64,000 bases of DNA, taken from positions 1 through 64,000 of the forward strand of contig NIVC01001377.1 of NCBI GenBank assembly GCA_002269645.1. The letters are read 5' to 3'. Below, piece after piece: positions 20,313-33,834 of the stretch (positions within the stretch are counted from its first letter, which is position 1; every line of letters begins with the position of its first letter). The DNA is from Macrostomum lignano. Its lineage: Eukaryota. The position numbers were made by a program, and so were the translations under genes. The notes under the pieces were generated by a model, which was given only the letters and a program-made list of their open reading frames with translations, had not been told where the DNA came from and made no database searches.

Positions 20313-23300
20313 TCACACTTCGGTGACTCTCAGCTCAATTATTTTGCCATCGATGTCGCGGAAGTCACAGCTGCCGTCCACGACCTCGGCTGCTGCAGCC
20401 GCGGCCGCTACAAGCGCCGCTCTGGCTGATTCTGCCTCTTCCGCTGCCGCAATTGCGACCGCTGCTTCCTCTGCTGCGGTTTCCACTTTCTCCTCGACCT
20501 CGTCCTCCGCTATTAACGCTTGATGCTCAGTAGGAATGTGCTCTTCTTGTTCGTCATCCTCATCGACTGCGGTAGATTTAATAGCAGAAACAATTATTCT
20601 ATTCTGCTCTTGCTTGTTAGCTACGGCTGCCTTGACTGGCGGGCTCGGCTGCGCCGTCTCCTCGTTAGAGCCTCCGATTCGCTTAGCGGCTTCTGCCTTG
20701 TCGTTACCTCCAGCACCGCGTCCGCCATCCCGCCTGGTTGTGGCAGGTGCCGCCTGACCATTATTATTAGCCTCAGCTTGACACCGACCTCTGCATATTT
20801 TCTCTTTTGCTACCTGCAGAAATGTTGGATTTGAGAACAGGTAGATAAATATATTTAGAGAAGAGTCCAAAGTGATCATCGTGTTGGCTGTTCTCGACAG
20901 TAAGACGTCTACGTCTGTTGGCAGGGCTTTGAATGAGAACAATAGTTTTGAGAAGAAAGCGGGCATCTCCAGTACAAAGAACGTCAGCGCCAGCATTATG
21001 ATAAGCTTGTCAGTACCGGACTGTCGCTGGCGCATGTTTTGAGTCTCGCGGAATCGCTTCCTTGCCCACAGGACCTGCAATTATGTGTTAATTTGACAGT
21101 GAAGAAAAGGAACTTCAGATTTTTATTACATTTTAAAACGGCTGTTTACATCGCAGTTTACATCGGAATCGCATTCGAAATGGTCGCTGAATCTTGTCTT
21201 TCTGTACTTGGTTCCCTTCTAACTGTTCTAGTCTAGTTCAAAACTCTTTCCAATATATATACATAGCTATTTACAGAAAGGTAGGCATCCAGCTAGCTGC
21301 TCCTATCGTGTCGCCTCGTCTGAGCGCATGGTTCGGGAGCACCTGATGCTTGGTTAACCTCGTGAGGCAGCTTTGTGCAAACACTATGCCGCTGGAGCCA
21401 GAGAGAGAGAAGTTGGGATTTCACCCTGCTGCTGCTGCTTATAAGAAAGCAGAACAGTCTAGGAAGTTGTTGGACCAGCAGCAGCTCGAGGGGCTCAGCT
21501 TTTCCCAGCAATGATTGGCGATGGCTTTGGTTCTTTTTTCTTCTCCTTCCCATGCCTTTTTCGTGCTTATTCCATCAATCTGTTCTTGATAGTTGTTCTC
21601 CACCAAGCCCGTTCTGGAGAATCGCCTTGTAGCTTTCGTTTTCTTCTCTGTACTTCTCTAGTTTCCATTGTTCGGCCTGTCAAATCTGATTGTAGATGCA
21701 GGTATTGACTTTTTTATTAAAATTGTTTTTCCTAATTATTATTTGTATTTGATTACGCCTGCCCTAACGTGTCAATCGACAGCTGAGCCGCAGCTATTGC
21801 GCAGCGCATCTGAAGGCTGCGTACGGCTGTTAAGTCTAAGTACTGAGGGGTCGCCACACTCACACCCTCAATTACCTCAGCTAATGCTGGCACCCATTTT
21901 ACAGCTGGGTGAACTGAAGCAATGCAGAGTTTAGAAGTGAATTTGCTCAATGACACAAATTGTTCCGAGTGGGCCGAGAATCGAACCCCCGACGTTTCAG
22001 TCTAAATCTGACGCTCTGACCACTAGACTACTGCTATATCTATACCTGTATATTTTTTTTTTTAATCCGATTTATAAATAATAGTCCAGTCGAATTTTTG
22101 TTTGATTATCGGCGCAGTGTCGGTAAAAGTGATGGGGTGGGACGAGACATTTTCTAGGATCCAGTATCGGAATTGATAGATTTAATTTTCCACCAGACAG
22201 GCTCTGTGTAACTCAGCGTGCATGTTTGCCTAATGTTCCAGTTATTTTAGACCAAGTTAAGAAGACGGGAAACTGGACAGTGAGTGCAGCTTCTCATTCG
22301 CTAGACTAAACCTGGCCCTCAATTCCGATTGCGCCGAGGAAGTGGGTTGGACCTGACTCCAGCGTCAATATTTGCCCGCTTGTCCTTCATTTAATGAAGT
22401 CTTCTTCATCTTGGATGCTGCTGCTGATTATCGCTAGTTTGCCTCCTTCGCTCTACTTTATATTTATGCTCGATACTATAGCGACTCAGCTCGATCAGCC
22501 GTCAAAATTATTGGGGATAATGACTAGTTTTGGCCGCTGTCATAGCTGCCTGTTTTGTAACCTTTACTTTATATAAGCGCTTGATTGGTAGGGGCTAATT
22601 GTATTGAAATTATCCTTTGTCTGTCTCTTCAGTAAGTAATGGAATGCCTGCACTGCACTCTCGTTATGTGTAGGTTGTGGTATACTGGCTGTTATTGCAT
22701 TTTAGAATCGGTTTTCCGATGGTCCATATTGGTTCAGGCGTTAGTCAATGTCTATATTGCATTGTAACCGCTGTCATGGATAATGAAAAGTATTTAGGCT
22801 AAAAAAATCATTTGGGGTTTTTCCTCTCTAAACTCTTATCCTGCTCGTCACGCAGGCTGTAGGGTTGCACTTTTTTCTACGTATCCAAGGTTGCAGTGTG
22901 TGGCGATTGGTGTGTTTTTCTCCCTATCTTCTATGCCCACTGTGTGTTTTCCTATCTGCCCTATCTTTCAATAATTATCTCGTAACGCCCTTGGCCCTGT
23001 CTGTTTAGTGTCTGGCACGTTCTAAAAGAGCGGTTGTCATGTGTTAGAAATACAGGTATGCGCATTTTAGTCTAGTAAACTGGTCTAAGAATTCAAGAAT
23101 ATAGTATCCTGGAATTATCTAACATTCCTTGTTTGTCATTTAAAAATATCAAATGCATTTCAGCTGCATGGGATGCTGTTAGGAATTTTTTCACTGACTG
23201 GAGCAACTATGGGGCGACAGGAGATTTTTTATTTGTCCGTTCTAGCAGCACTCTAAAAAGCACCATCAAAGTGCGTCGCGTTACATTCGATGCAACTGCA

Positions 23301-24294
23301 AAATGTACCAAAACATTTCCTAAGAGCATAATAAACGTTTCATTTCGTCAAAGTAACAAATGGAACGTAATGGAACGTCCCATACTCGTAGATACATCCG
23401 TGATGCTGCTAGCGGCCCAGGGACACATTTTTGTCTATTACCCCAAGTTATTTAGCTAGTTTTTTTGTTAGACAGGGATAAACGCGCACAGATTAATTAA
23501 TCTACTACCTTGAGTACAAATGCGCTACAAATGAGCACAGTGATGGTGGGGCCACCAGACTGTAGAATAAACAGACAGGCAGACAGGTAGAACTTCTTGT
23601 ACCAATCGTTAAACATGACTGGCGGAAACGGGCTGGTGGTTTTCACTATATAAAACTGCGATTCCGCATGGTAGCACACTGCTTCGTAAGCTTCAAACAA
23701 TCTCGGCAGCATAATTAGCGAACACATTGCGCCGATGAACACCACAATGCGAACGCTGGTCTCCTTGCGAAACAACTTCACCCGGGCCATCGATCGACAG
23801 ACAGCCTCGCAACGGTACAGGCTTAGCGCAGCCAGAGTCCAATTGCGAGCCAGTTGAAAAGTTGCAGACATTTGCCGACTAGTGCCAGCAAACACGCTGA
23901 TGGCGATGGCCACAGCTCGGCTTCTCATGGGTGGTAGGCAGCAGCCACGGAGCAGGTTGACTCCATAGTATCCAGCCTGGCCTAGTTGGAAAGTCACCTC
24001 AAATATCGACAGTCCTAATAGCAGAACGCTCATGATAGATTTATTGAAAGCTTTGTTCCGAAATATTGAAAAACTAAATCCATTGGCTGCCGCATTGAAC
24101 AGGCTTAGTAGAATGATGACAACTTCCAGTGGATCTGGATAGTGATGCTGCTGCTGACTGTTTAGCAGCTCGTGATGATGAGGCTGGCTCCAGTCAGTAA
24201 AGTTACTACTAAAGTTAAATTCGCAAGTACTATAATCGTCTAGTATCTTCACTAGAGCAAAGCTGCTGTCGTTTTGTGAGTCGCTAATTTGCAT
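20313..24294 (-). CDS. Rhodopsin-class (peptide/orphan-type) GPCR, two exons: 24294-23509 and 21074-20313
   Basis: Seven hydrophobic segments; TM3 RNWTLAALSLYRCEAV, TM4 LPRLFE, TM6 FFVLEMP, TM7 DSSLNIFIY. Phase-0 intron AAG|GTAGTA...TTGCAG|GTC joins FVLK to VLWARKRF. N-glycosylation sequons in the N-terminus. Confidence 0.88.
21830..22036 (-). mobile_element. tRNA-head SINE inside the GPCR intron
   Basis: Minus strand reads TAGCAGTAGTCTAGTGGTCAGAGCG...GGGTTCGATTCTCGGCCCACTCGGAACAATTTGTGTC...GTTCACCCAGCTGTAAAATGGGTGCCAGC, homologous to 17453-17640. Confidence 0.8.
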
Positions 24295-25879
24295 TGTTTT
24301 TGTCGGTCTGCTGTTGAAATGCACACTCCGGTAGCGCAACCTTTACAGCAAGTACTCTGCCTTGCCAAATCGAATCGCTATTTATACCAATTCAACTCTC
24401 GATTTCTAAATCAGTTTCCGGCTTTATGCAGACCGTCTCCCGCTAGAACCAATGGCGTTTGCTGGAGCAATTTCTGCTTCTTTCTGTCTGCTATCAGTGG
24501 CTGCCCAATCAGCGATCGGATAAACGCTCTTAGCCCCGCAATTCATTGAGTCTGACTTGCCTTTACCTTAATGTGACACTTCGGAAATCAAATATTTCAT
24601 GAATCCGCGTTTATTTTCAGTTTGAACCAGACACTGGGTATGTTACCGATAGCACTGTCTCCTGATGAGAAGGTATAGGTTTATGCTCAGGCGTCAAGCA
24701 GAATATACTCAACAACATACATTCTAGTTCCGTATTGACTTTTGAGTGACGCAAATAGCGCCACGCGACGCAGAGTTGGTTTTGGTGATGAGGGATCGGG
24801 AAAGGCGGAGGGCGAATATTGGATGAAGTGAAGCTTCCGCCCTGTTTTCATTGTTTTTTTTCAAGCATTAATATCAAAATGGTTGGCTAGTTGAAAGACG
24901 TTGGTTAAAAGACACTGCTCACTGGGGCAAAGGGCGGCAAATTTTCAATGTTGCCGGGTAAAAATGCTTTCTCATTGACTACGGGTCAAGTATCTACAGC
25001 CCTCCTGTTGAAAAATAGTCAAATTTTTGCGGAATTAATAATAAACATAACTATAATTGGTTAAAACTAAAAGTGCGTAACTACTGGTGGCTTTCTAGAA
25101 TGAAATGGACACCTATGTTTACTCACCATCCCTCAGTGACGCCAAAAAGTTTTTAATGTCTACATCTCTATATCATTCTATCTTTCATCTGGGTCTATCT
25201 TTGGCAATGACCAACAGCTCTTGCGCTGTTGACAGGGGAATCAGATTTCCCCCTCCCCTCTGCCTGCCGTTCGCTCTCACTGTGTCTCCTCTTTCCTCTA
25301 AAACTCTCGGCTGCTCACCTACCGTGTTTGGTGGGGGAGGGTAGCCTGTATTTGTGTGCACTTGTGAGTCGGACTTGAGAGCTGCTGGTTATAGCGTACT
25401 ACGTATATTTATATACATACATATGCCCTTCTTGCCCATGCCAATTTTTCTTTTTTTCCTACTATTTACCCTGGCCAAGTTCCTCTTCACTGTTCACTCT
25501 CGTTTCGGATGTGCGCCCTGCTCTCTGTCCATTTGTCCGGCCTATATCTCTGCCTATATCTGTGCCTATAACACTGCCATACAAACGCGCATTTGGATGA
25601 TGTTTTAAGTGCTTGCTCAAGCAAAGTGGAGCTGAAATATTGGAGGAGAGAGAGCGTGAGAGTGAGAGAAATTGAGACCAAAGGAGGGAGAAAGGCAGAT
25701 ATAAAGGATAAGCATTGGTGTGTCATTTGATTGAGAGAGTGGGGTTTTCTGCATTTACGAGTGAATTTGCAAATGGCAAAAGAAATATATTATTGGCATC
25801 TAACATAAATGCAGCGTAATGGAATACTTTTTAATTATTTGCGTGTAAACTAGACTTACTGTAGTAAGTGAATTCAAAG

Positions 25880-26420
25880 CTATATATACCTCGAAGTTGC
25901 TGGGCCAGCCTCCCAGACTGTCAGTTGCTGCGCCAGCCTCCCAGATCTTCAATTGCTGCGCCAGCCTCTCTGATCCTCAGTTGCTGGGTCAGCTTCCCAG
26001 ATCTTCAATTGCTGGGCCAGCCTCCCAAAGTGTCAGTTGCTGCGCCAGCCTCCCGGATCTTCAATTGCTGGGCCAGCCTCCCAGAGTGTCAGTTGCTGGG
26101 CCAGCCTCCCAGATCCTCAGTTGCTGGGCCAGCCTTCCATATCCTCAGTTGCTGGGCTAGCCTCCCAGATCCTAAATTGCTGGGCCAGCCTCCCAGATCC
26201 TCAGTTGCTGCGCCGGCTTCCCAGATCCTCAGTTGCTGGGCTAGCCTCCCAGATCCTCAGTAGCTGGGCCAGCCTCCCAGATCATCAGTTGCTGATCTAC
26301 CAGCTTCCCAGATCCTCAGTTGCTGCGCCAGCTTCCCAGATTTTCAGTTGCTGCGCCAGCCTCCTCAGTTTGCTGTGCTAGCCTCCCAGATCCTCAGTTG
26401 CTGGGCCGGCCACCCTCTCA
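25880..26420. repeat. About 28-bp minisatellite (CAGTTGCTGGGCCAGCCTCCCAGATCCT)
   Basis: Repeated unit visible directly. Confidence 0.9.
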
Positions 26421-27429
26421 GTTTGCAGAAATTTATATGCTTCCTGGAGTGTACCATTTGTCAAAAATGTCCTGTTTTTGTAAAAGCCGCATAAAAAGCC
26501 AAATCAGAAACTTCCTGCTTTCAGTCTGATTGGCTGTTTAGTGGTGGGAGCCATTTCATTTTCTATAGTCTTCCTGTCTATTTCTAATTTTTGTGATGTG
26601 TTTCTATTTCTGAGTCTGCACTCTTCATTGCAATCTTTTCTGCTTTGATGGACTCGTTCTCGTATTGTCTAGAATGCCATTGACACTGTACGAGTGCCTT
26701 CCAGAAATGGGATTACTCAGTGTTACTACTCATTTTTTGGCATCCACTGCCAGGTTTTCTATGCAGGTGTAATTAATTTAGCTGGCTGCTCCAGTTCACG
26801 CCGGTAATAAGCAATTTCTGATAATGGAAGCATATTCCGCTGGGTTGGGAATAAAAATGGCTGTACTCATGTTTTTTTGTTTTTGTGAAACCAGCGGCAT
26901 CAATGCATTGCTTATCGAGTTTGTCTAGCCGGTTTGTCGGGCTTGATTAATTACTTAATCCACTCTCCCTGTATCAGTTCTTACTGTCGCAGAGGTCTCT
27001 GATTAGTAAGAATGCTAACAGTCTTTTTCGGTTTGCTATTATAGATTTTTTTGAACGCCTAATTGAAATCTTGTGTCTTCGCTTCGATAGAACGGCTACA
27101 ATAAACTGTAGTTTGAGGCTGTCTTTATCGAATTTCAAATGAATATTGATTTAATCTGCACCTCGGGCTGTGTCAGATTTCTAAGTTATCTGGCCTCTTC
27201 GTTTTATCCCAAATCTGTTTGGTTGGAGAAAAAAGTGGTAGGATTAAATATTGTGAAACTGGAGCTTGTCTGAGAGCGTGATGCTGCATCAGCATCAATT
27301 TAATGCGATTTTCTAAGCTAAAAATATTCCTGCATTCTATTAACATAGTGCTACTCGTAGTTTATTCAATATTTTTATTTTCATGCTGCAAATTTCAAAG
27401 TGGAATATATCTTGACAAAGTCTAGAGCT

Positions 27430-28350
27430 GCGGCTCATGGAGGGACGTAAAAATTCTGGAGCTGCGGCTCATAAAGTGACACAAACGGTCTACAGCAGCG
27501 GCTCATAGAGTGACACAACAAGCCTAATCAGTGGGTGGCTCATAGAGTGACACAACAATCCTAAAACAGTAGGTGGCTCATAAAGTGACACAACAATCCT
27601 AAAACAGTAGGTGGCTCATAGAGTGACACAACAAGCCTAAAGCAGTGAGTGACTCATAGAGTGACACAACAAGCCTAAAGCAGTGGGTGACTCATAGAGT
27701 GACACAACAATCCTAAAACAGTAGGTGGCTCATAGAGTGACACAACAAGCCTAAAGCAGTGAGTGACTCATAGAGTGACACAACAAGCCTAAATCAGTGA
27801 GTGACTCATAGAGTGACACAACAAGCCTAAAGCAGTGGGTGACTCATAGAGTGACAACAAGCCTAAAGCAGTGAGTGACTCATAGAGTGACACAACAATC
27901 CTAAAACAGTAGGTGGCTCATAGAGTGACACAACAAGCCTAAAGCAGTGAGTGACTCATAGAGTGACACAACAAGCCTAAAGCAGTGGGTGACTCATAGA
28001 GTGACACAACAAGCCTAAAGCAGTGGGTGACTCATAGAGTGACACAACAATCCTAAAGCAGTTGGTGGCTCGTAGAGTGACACAACAAGCCTAAAGCAGT
28101 GAGTGGCTCATAGAGTGACCCCACAAGCCTAAAGCAGTGAGTGGCTCATAGAGTGACACAAAGTGTCTAGAGCTGCGGCTAATAGAGAGACACAAAAATC
28201 AAGTAACTGCGGCTCATTAAGTGACACAAAAAGCCTAGAACAGCGGCTCATAGAGTGACACAAATAGTCTAGAGTAGTGGGTCATAGAGTGACACAAAAG
28301 GTCTAGAGCTGCGACTCATAGTGATACAAACGGTCTAGTCTCAAGCTGCG
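27430..28350. repeat. About 38-bp minisatellite (CTCATAGAGTGACACAACAAGCCTAAAGCAGTG...) with degenerate edges
   Basis: Repeated unit visible directly. Confidence 0.9.
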
Positions 28351-29271
28351 GCTCATAGGACTGTAATTTCTGAGATGGCAATTTATCCAAATTATACCGG
28401 TGTGTCCACGAGCGTATCTCACAAAAAGTGCATGAGCTAAGAAGGATAGACAGCTGTAATCTTCCCATCAAGCTGACTGTTATACCGATCTCTCTCTCTC
28501 CTCTCTCTCGTTACATAGCCCTCCCGTTTGAGCTCCTTGCCCTAAGTAAGAAATCTTTAATCTGATTGCAACTAATAGTTTTAATCCCATTGATGGATGT
28601 TACGCTTTGATGGCCTCTGGGCAATCAGAAGAATCTTGTGTTAACTGCAGCCACAAAACTCGTGCCAACATAGCAAAGCATGAAGAGATATTAGTTAAAA
28701 ATACTTTTTAGAAGATATTGTACATGATGAGGAATGTCAGCATGGGCCCACTGAGAGAAGTAAACAAGAGAGACATAAAAAATAAGGAAAAAATAGAAGT
28801 GCTTTACCCGCACACTCAGATGAAGATCGTAATCATGCATCTTATGCATAATGCATAATGGCCTTTTTGAAATTTGACTTGCTGAAAAAATTGACAGAGA
28901 AAGAAAATATCTCGCGACAAGCTTGAGGTGTCATTTTTCTTGTAACTGTTGGTTAATATCATATGCAATTTATTCGAACATTAGATGAATGGATAGATCT
29001 GTCGCGTCTCAGGCAGGAAATTGAGAGAGGGAAAAAGACGGAGTTGGGACTTCGAGGTTGTCAATAAGCTAACGCTGACGATCGGCTAAGTAAATTAGCG
29101 ATGAGTCATGCCCTGAGGAAGCTGACTGATGGCAAACAATGATTGATTGACAGATTTTGAAGGCCTATGTACAGCTTTCACCATGCAAAAGGCTGTTTTG
29201 ATCGCGAATTCCACCCTGTACTTCTTTCGCAGCCCAATCACAGCAAGGCAATTAACACTTTTGCCCCTCAA

Positions 29272-30180
29272 GCCTCTGCACTCACTCTGAGAAAACCCGC
29301 TAGCTGCAGAGCAGCCATAGACATCTGCGTCTGCCCACCAGCAGCAACAGCACTCACTCTGAGAAAACCCGCTAGCTGCAAAGCAGCCATAGACATCTGC
29401 GTCTGCCCACCAGCAGCAACAGCACTCACTCTGAGAAAACCCGCTAGCTGCAGAGCAGCCATAGACATCTGCGTCTGCCCACCAGCAGCAACAGCACTCA
29501 CTCTGAGAAAACCCGCTAGCTGCAAAGCAGCCATAGACATCTGCGTCTGCCCACCAGCAGCAACAGCACTCACTCTGAGAAAACCCGCTAGCTGCAAAGC
29601 AGCCATAGACATCTGCGTCTGCCCACCAGCAGCAACAGCACTCACTCTGAGGAAACCCGCTAGCTGCAGAGCAGCCATAGACATCTGCGTCTGCCCACCA
29701 GCAGCAACAGCACTCACTCTGAGGAAACCCGCTAGCTGCAAAGCAGCCATAGACATCTGCGTCTGCCCACCAGCAGCAACAGCACTCACTCTGAGGAAAC
29801 CCGCTAGCTGCAGAGCAGCCATAGACATCTGCGTCTGCCCACCAGCAGCAACAGCACTCACTCTGAGAAAACCCGCTAGCTGCAAAGCAGCCATAGACAT
29901 CTGCGTCTGCCCACCAGCAGCAACAGCACTCACTCTGAGAAAACCCGCTAGCTGCAGAGCAGCCATAGACATCTGCGTCTGCCCACCAGCAGCAACAGCA
30001 CTCACTCTGAGAAAACCCGCTAGCTGCAAAGCAGCCATAGACATCTGCGTCTGCCCACCAGCAGCAACAGCACTCACTCTGAGAAAACCCGCTAGCTGCA
30101 AAGCAGCCATAGACATCTGCGTCTGCCCACCAGCAGCAACAGCACTCACTCTGAGAAAACCCGCTAGCTGCAGAGCAGCC
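29272..30180. repeat. 72-bp tandem repeat, about 12.6 nearly identical copies
   Basis: CTCACTCTGA recurs at 29281, 29353, 29641 and 30001 (period 72). Confidence 0.95.
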
Positions 30181-31178
30181 ATTAGATTCACTAATGAGCT
30201 TAAGTGTGTAAAAAAAGGTGCTGTTTCTTTTGGGTTTTCTCAAAGTGAGTGGCAGGGTGCCGCTGGTGCTGGCCGCAGACAGTTGCGTCTGCGGGCATTC
30301 AGCGGCTGGCGGATGGCTGTGCAGAGCAGCCAGCGGGAATTTGAGGGTGTTCAGGGCAGTGTTTCGAAAATTTATTGAAATTATCGATCCGTTTTCAACC
30401 CCCTCCCCTCATCTAATCTCTCTTGTCCGCTCAGCCAACCCCTTCATTTTAATAATTTGAACGGTCTTGTAGCGTGCATCTTTTGCTCCCTGTTAATTTG
30501 AATCTCTATTTGTCTCAAACTACCAAGCAAAAATGCCTCCCTCACACGAAACGATCAGAGCCTTTTTTCATTTTCGCAAGCCGTACATTGCCCAGTCGTT
30601 TATTCGTGACTGCAGTTTTCTCTCTCTATCTGCTTTCTTCCTTCCTTTGCGGCTGTCTCCGCAAACAGCAAGGCAGGCGAGCCAGACTTTTAGAGCTTTT
30701 TCCACCTTAAAAATTTCTCTAGAGCTCGTTTTTTCTAATATTCTTCCAGAAGAAAAAGGAAGAATAATCAGGCACAGGCGCTGTCTTTCTCTAGCCGGCA
30801 TGCGCGCTTGCACGTGTTGCTGTCTTTTCTATTCTTCAGTCTGCCTCCAGTCCTCCATTCAGCTTGGGAAACTTTCCCAGAACCGTGGGATGTGCTAAAG
30901 ACGCTGCAGAAGGCTGGCGGTAGCAGCGTCTTTCTCTCAGCAGGGGGGGGGGGGGGCTCTGTCTCTATGCGTGAACGATTCATGCTAAAAAAGCAGAACA
31001 AAATGTGACATCCGAAGAGGAACGTGACTAGGAAAAAAAGTTGCAAACCCAAAGAAACTTTTGCTTTGTTAGTTCATCTTTGGCTGATGAATCACACTTG
31101 GCCTACGGCAAAGGAAGATAGTCTGTGTTTGTCCACTGTTATTGCCTAGTGCTTTAGTACTCACGGAAGGTAATACAG

Positions 31179-31824
31179 ATTTCAAAGTGCTCACACTGTG
31201 CTCAAAATTGTCGCAGACTCCGCCGATGCCATAACCGTCCGACGCCGCTACTACGAAGACCTGTTCCGCACCCGGAAAGCGCACGCCGACACGGCCCTGG
31301 AGCTGCGCCTCGCCCAGCTGGTCGAGCGCGAACGGGCAGCTCACGTGGCCAGCGTGGATCGCGCGCGGCAGGAACTGCTGAGAATCAGGCTGGCTCTGCC
31401 AAAACAGCAGCAGCAGCAGCCAGGGCAAGATCAGCCACCGGTCCAGCAGCCGCCTGCGCCATCCACCGCCGGCGTCGACAAGGGAGGCGGTGGCAGCGGC
31501 GCCAACTCGCTTGCCTCAGCTGATGAAGCCTTCGAAATGGAGCCCGATGACGATGACGATGGAGATGCGGCCGACCGCCGGTCAGCTGCCAGCAACGGCG
31601 AGGACGACGGCGAGGTGGAGCCCGAGATGGAGGAGATTCACAGCCAGCTGGCCAGCCGGAGGCCCGCGTCAGCCACCCCCGCTGCGTTGGCGCAGTCCCT
31701 GCCGATCGCCATCAACCGCTCCGCCGCCGTTGTTGCCGCCGCTGCTCAGGCCGCTGAGGACTTGCCCGTCACCAAGCCGCCTGCTGATGGTGAGACTGTC
31801 TGTCTGTCTGTCTGTCTGTGTGTG

Positions 31825-31861
<37 letters not shown>

Positions 31862-32279
31862 GAGTCAGTCTCCGCCCACCCCGCCAGCTGCCTCAGGTGC
31901 CGATCCGCCCCTGCCGGACTCAGGCGAGTTCAAGGGCATGACAGACGCCGAGCGGCTGTACGTCATGCAGGCGGTGTCCTACAGGTACACGGCCAGCGTG
32001 CGCGAGCACGACCAGTTCGGCAGCCGAGGGCCGCCCTACCTGCGCCAGCTCGCCGAGAAGGCGCGCGACTCCCGCCGAGAGCAGCGCCGCGGCCGCGGGC
32101 TCAGCGTTGCCGACGAACTGCTGGAGGTTGAAGAATCTGGGCAGGAGGCGGACATGTCGGCGGCGGGTGCTCCATCGGCTGTGGTGGTGCCGGAGGACAG
32201 CTTCCCCGGTCCGCAGCCGCGTGTGCTGAGAGCCAACACCGTCAGCGTGGACATGTCCAGGGCTTTTAAGAAACTGTGA
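31179..32279 (+). CDS. Last two exons of a host gene of unknown function (coiled-coil, acidic/Ala-rich); intron 31790-31896
   Basis: GC-rich codon-like sequence. GATG|GTGAGA...CCTCAG|GTGCC splices ORF 31198 into ORF 31818 in frame; the intron contains a (TCTG)n microsatellite. Upstream exons not resolved. Confidence 0.65.
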
Positions 32280-32514
32280 CTTTGATATAAATATGTGTAT
32301 TTAGTGTTTTTGATTAATGGGTTTTGACCTGTTCTGATGTGCTTTTTAGTCTAAATATTAACAGTAATTTGTGGTGATGCTTAGCTTAGGCTGGCTGGGG
32401 ATTTTGACCAGAAATTCATGTACATGTAATAAGCTACTCATTAAAGCTGACTTTTAAGCTACTTGAGGTATGTGTTGAATAAGCTGTGCAAAAAATATGC
32501 AATAGACTACTCAA

Positions 32515-33320
32515 AGTACGTTTAAGCTACTCATAGTAGGTTTAAGCTACTCATAGTTGGTTTAAGCTACTTATAGTTGGTTTAAGCTACTTATAGTTGG
32601 TTTAAGCTACTTATAGTAGGTTTAAGCTACTTATAGTTGGTTTAAGCTACTTATAGTTGGTTTAAGCTACTTATAGTAGGTTTAAACTACTTATAGTAGG
32701 TTTAAGCTACTTATTGCTGGTTTAAGCTACTCGTAGTAGGTTTAAGCTACTCGTAGTAGGTTTAAGCTACTTATTGCTGGTTTAAGCTACTCGTAGTAGG
32801 TTTATGCTACTCGTAGTAGATTTAAGCTACTTATAGTTGGTTTAAGCTACTTATAGTTGGTTTAAGCTACTTATTGCTGGTTTAAGCTACTTATAGTAGG
32901 TTTAAACTACTTATAGTAGGTTTAAGCTACTTATTGCTGGTTTAAGCTACTCGTAGTAGGTTTAAGCTACTCGTAGTAGGTTTAAGCTACTTATTGCTGG
33001 TTTAAGCTACTCGTAGTAGGTTTATGCTACTCGTAGTAGATTTAAGCTACTTATAGTTGGTTTAAGCTACTTATAGTTGGTTTAAGCTACTTATAGTTGG
33101 TTTAAACTACTTATATTAGGTTTAAACTACTTATAGTAGGTTTAAGCTACTCGTAGTAGATTTAAGCTACTTATTGCTGGTTTAAGCTACTCATAGTAGG
33201 TTTAAGCTACTCCTAGTAGGCTTAAGCTACTTATTGTTGGTTTAAGCTACTCGTAGTAGGTTTAAGCTGCTCATAATGGGCTTAAGCTACTCAAAGTAGG
33301 TTTAGGCTACTCGCAACAGA
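32515..33320. repeat. 20-bp minisatellite (TTTAAGCTACTTATAGTTGG)
   Basis: Period 20, in register across lines. Confidence 0.95.
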
Positions 33321-33834
33321 TTTAAGCAACTTAAACTACTAATAATTAAATCTAATGATAATATTTTGCTTAACAAGTGGTGCGATTTCCTAGCATTTTA
33401 GATTGTAGTAGTTTTTAAATTATATAGGGCGAAATATTTTCCAAATGCTAGTCTTGTGGCATAGATAATTTCAGTTTTATTGCCGTGTCCAAAAGTTATT
33501 ATTCATTAATTTTAATGACTTGCAGATTCAAATTAGGGTGTTGGAATTCTCAAAAGAATATTTTAATTCGGAATTTTTAAACAGAGAACGTATGTGTTAT
33601 TATGATACTGATTATTTATTAGCAAATTAATTTCTAATTTATTAAAGTTGACTGACTTTCCATTGTTGCATTGTTGAACTGGTATTGACATCAATTTTAA
33701 CATGCCACCCTTTTTATGCTGTCAACTCGTGCACTTTGCTAGATATAATTCAGGCTAACTGGTCATAACACTGGTTTACTTTTATCTAACAGGCAAATTT
33801 TGATTAAAAAATTGTAGACTCATGTCATAGAGGT

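Noticed and set aside
21293-21553. Possible extra GPCR exon within the intron
   Set aside because: The two flanking exons already splice in frame to a complete 7TM protein; no convincing splice sites or motifs.
17453-22036. tRNA genes at 17453 and 22036
   Set aside because: A and B boxes are present but there is no complete cloverleaf, and both continue into a shared non-tRNA body; they are SINE heads.
29095-30378. 300-400-aa Cys-rich repeat ORFs on both strands
   Set aside because: Products of the 72-bp tandem repeat, open in several frames at once.
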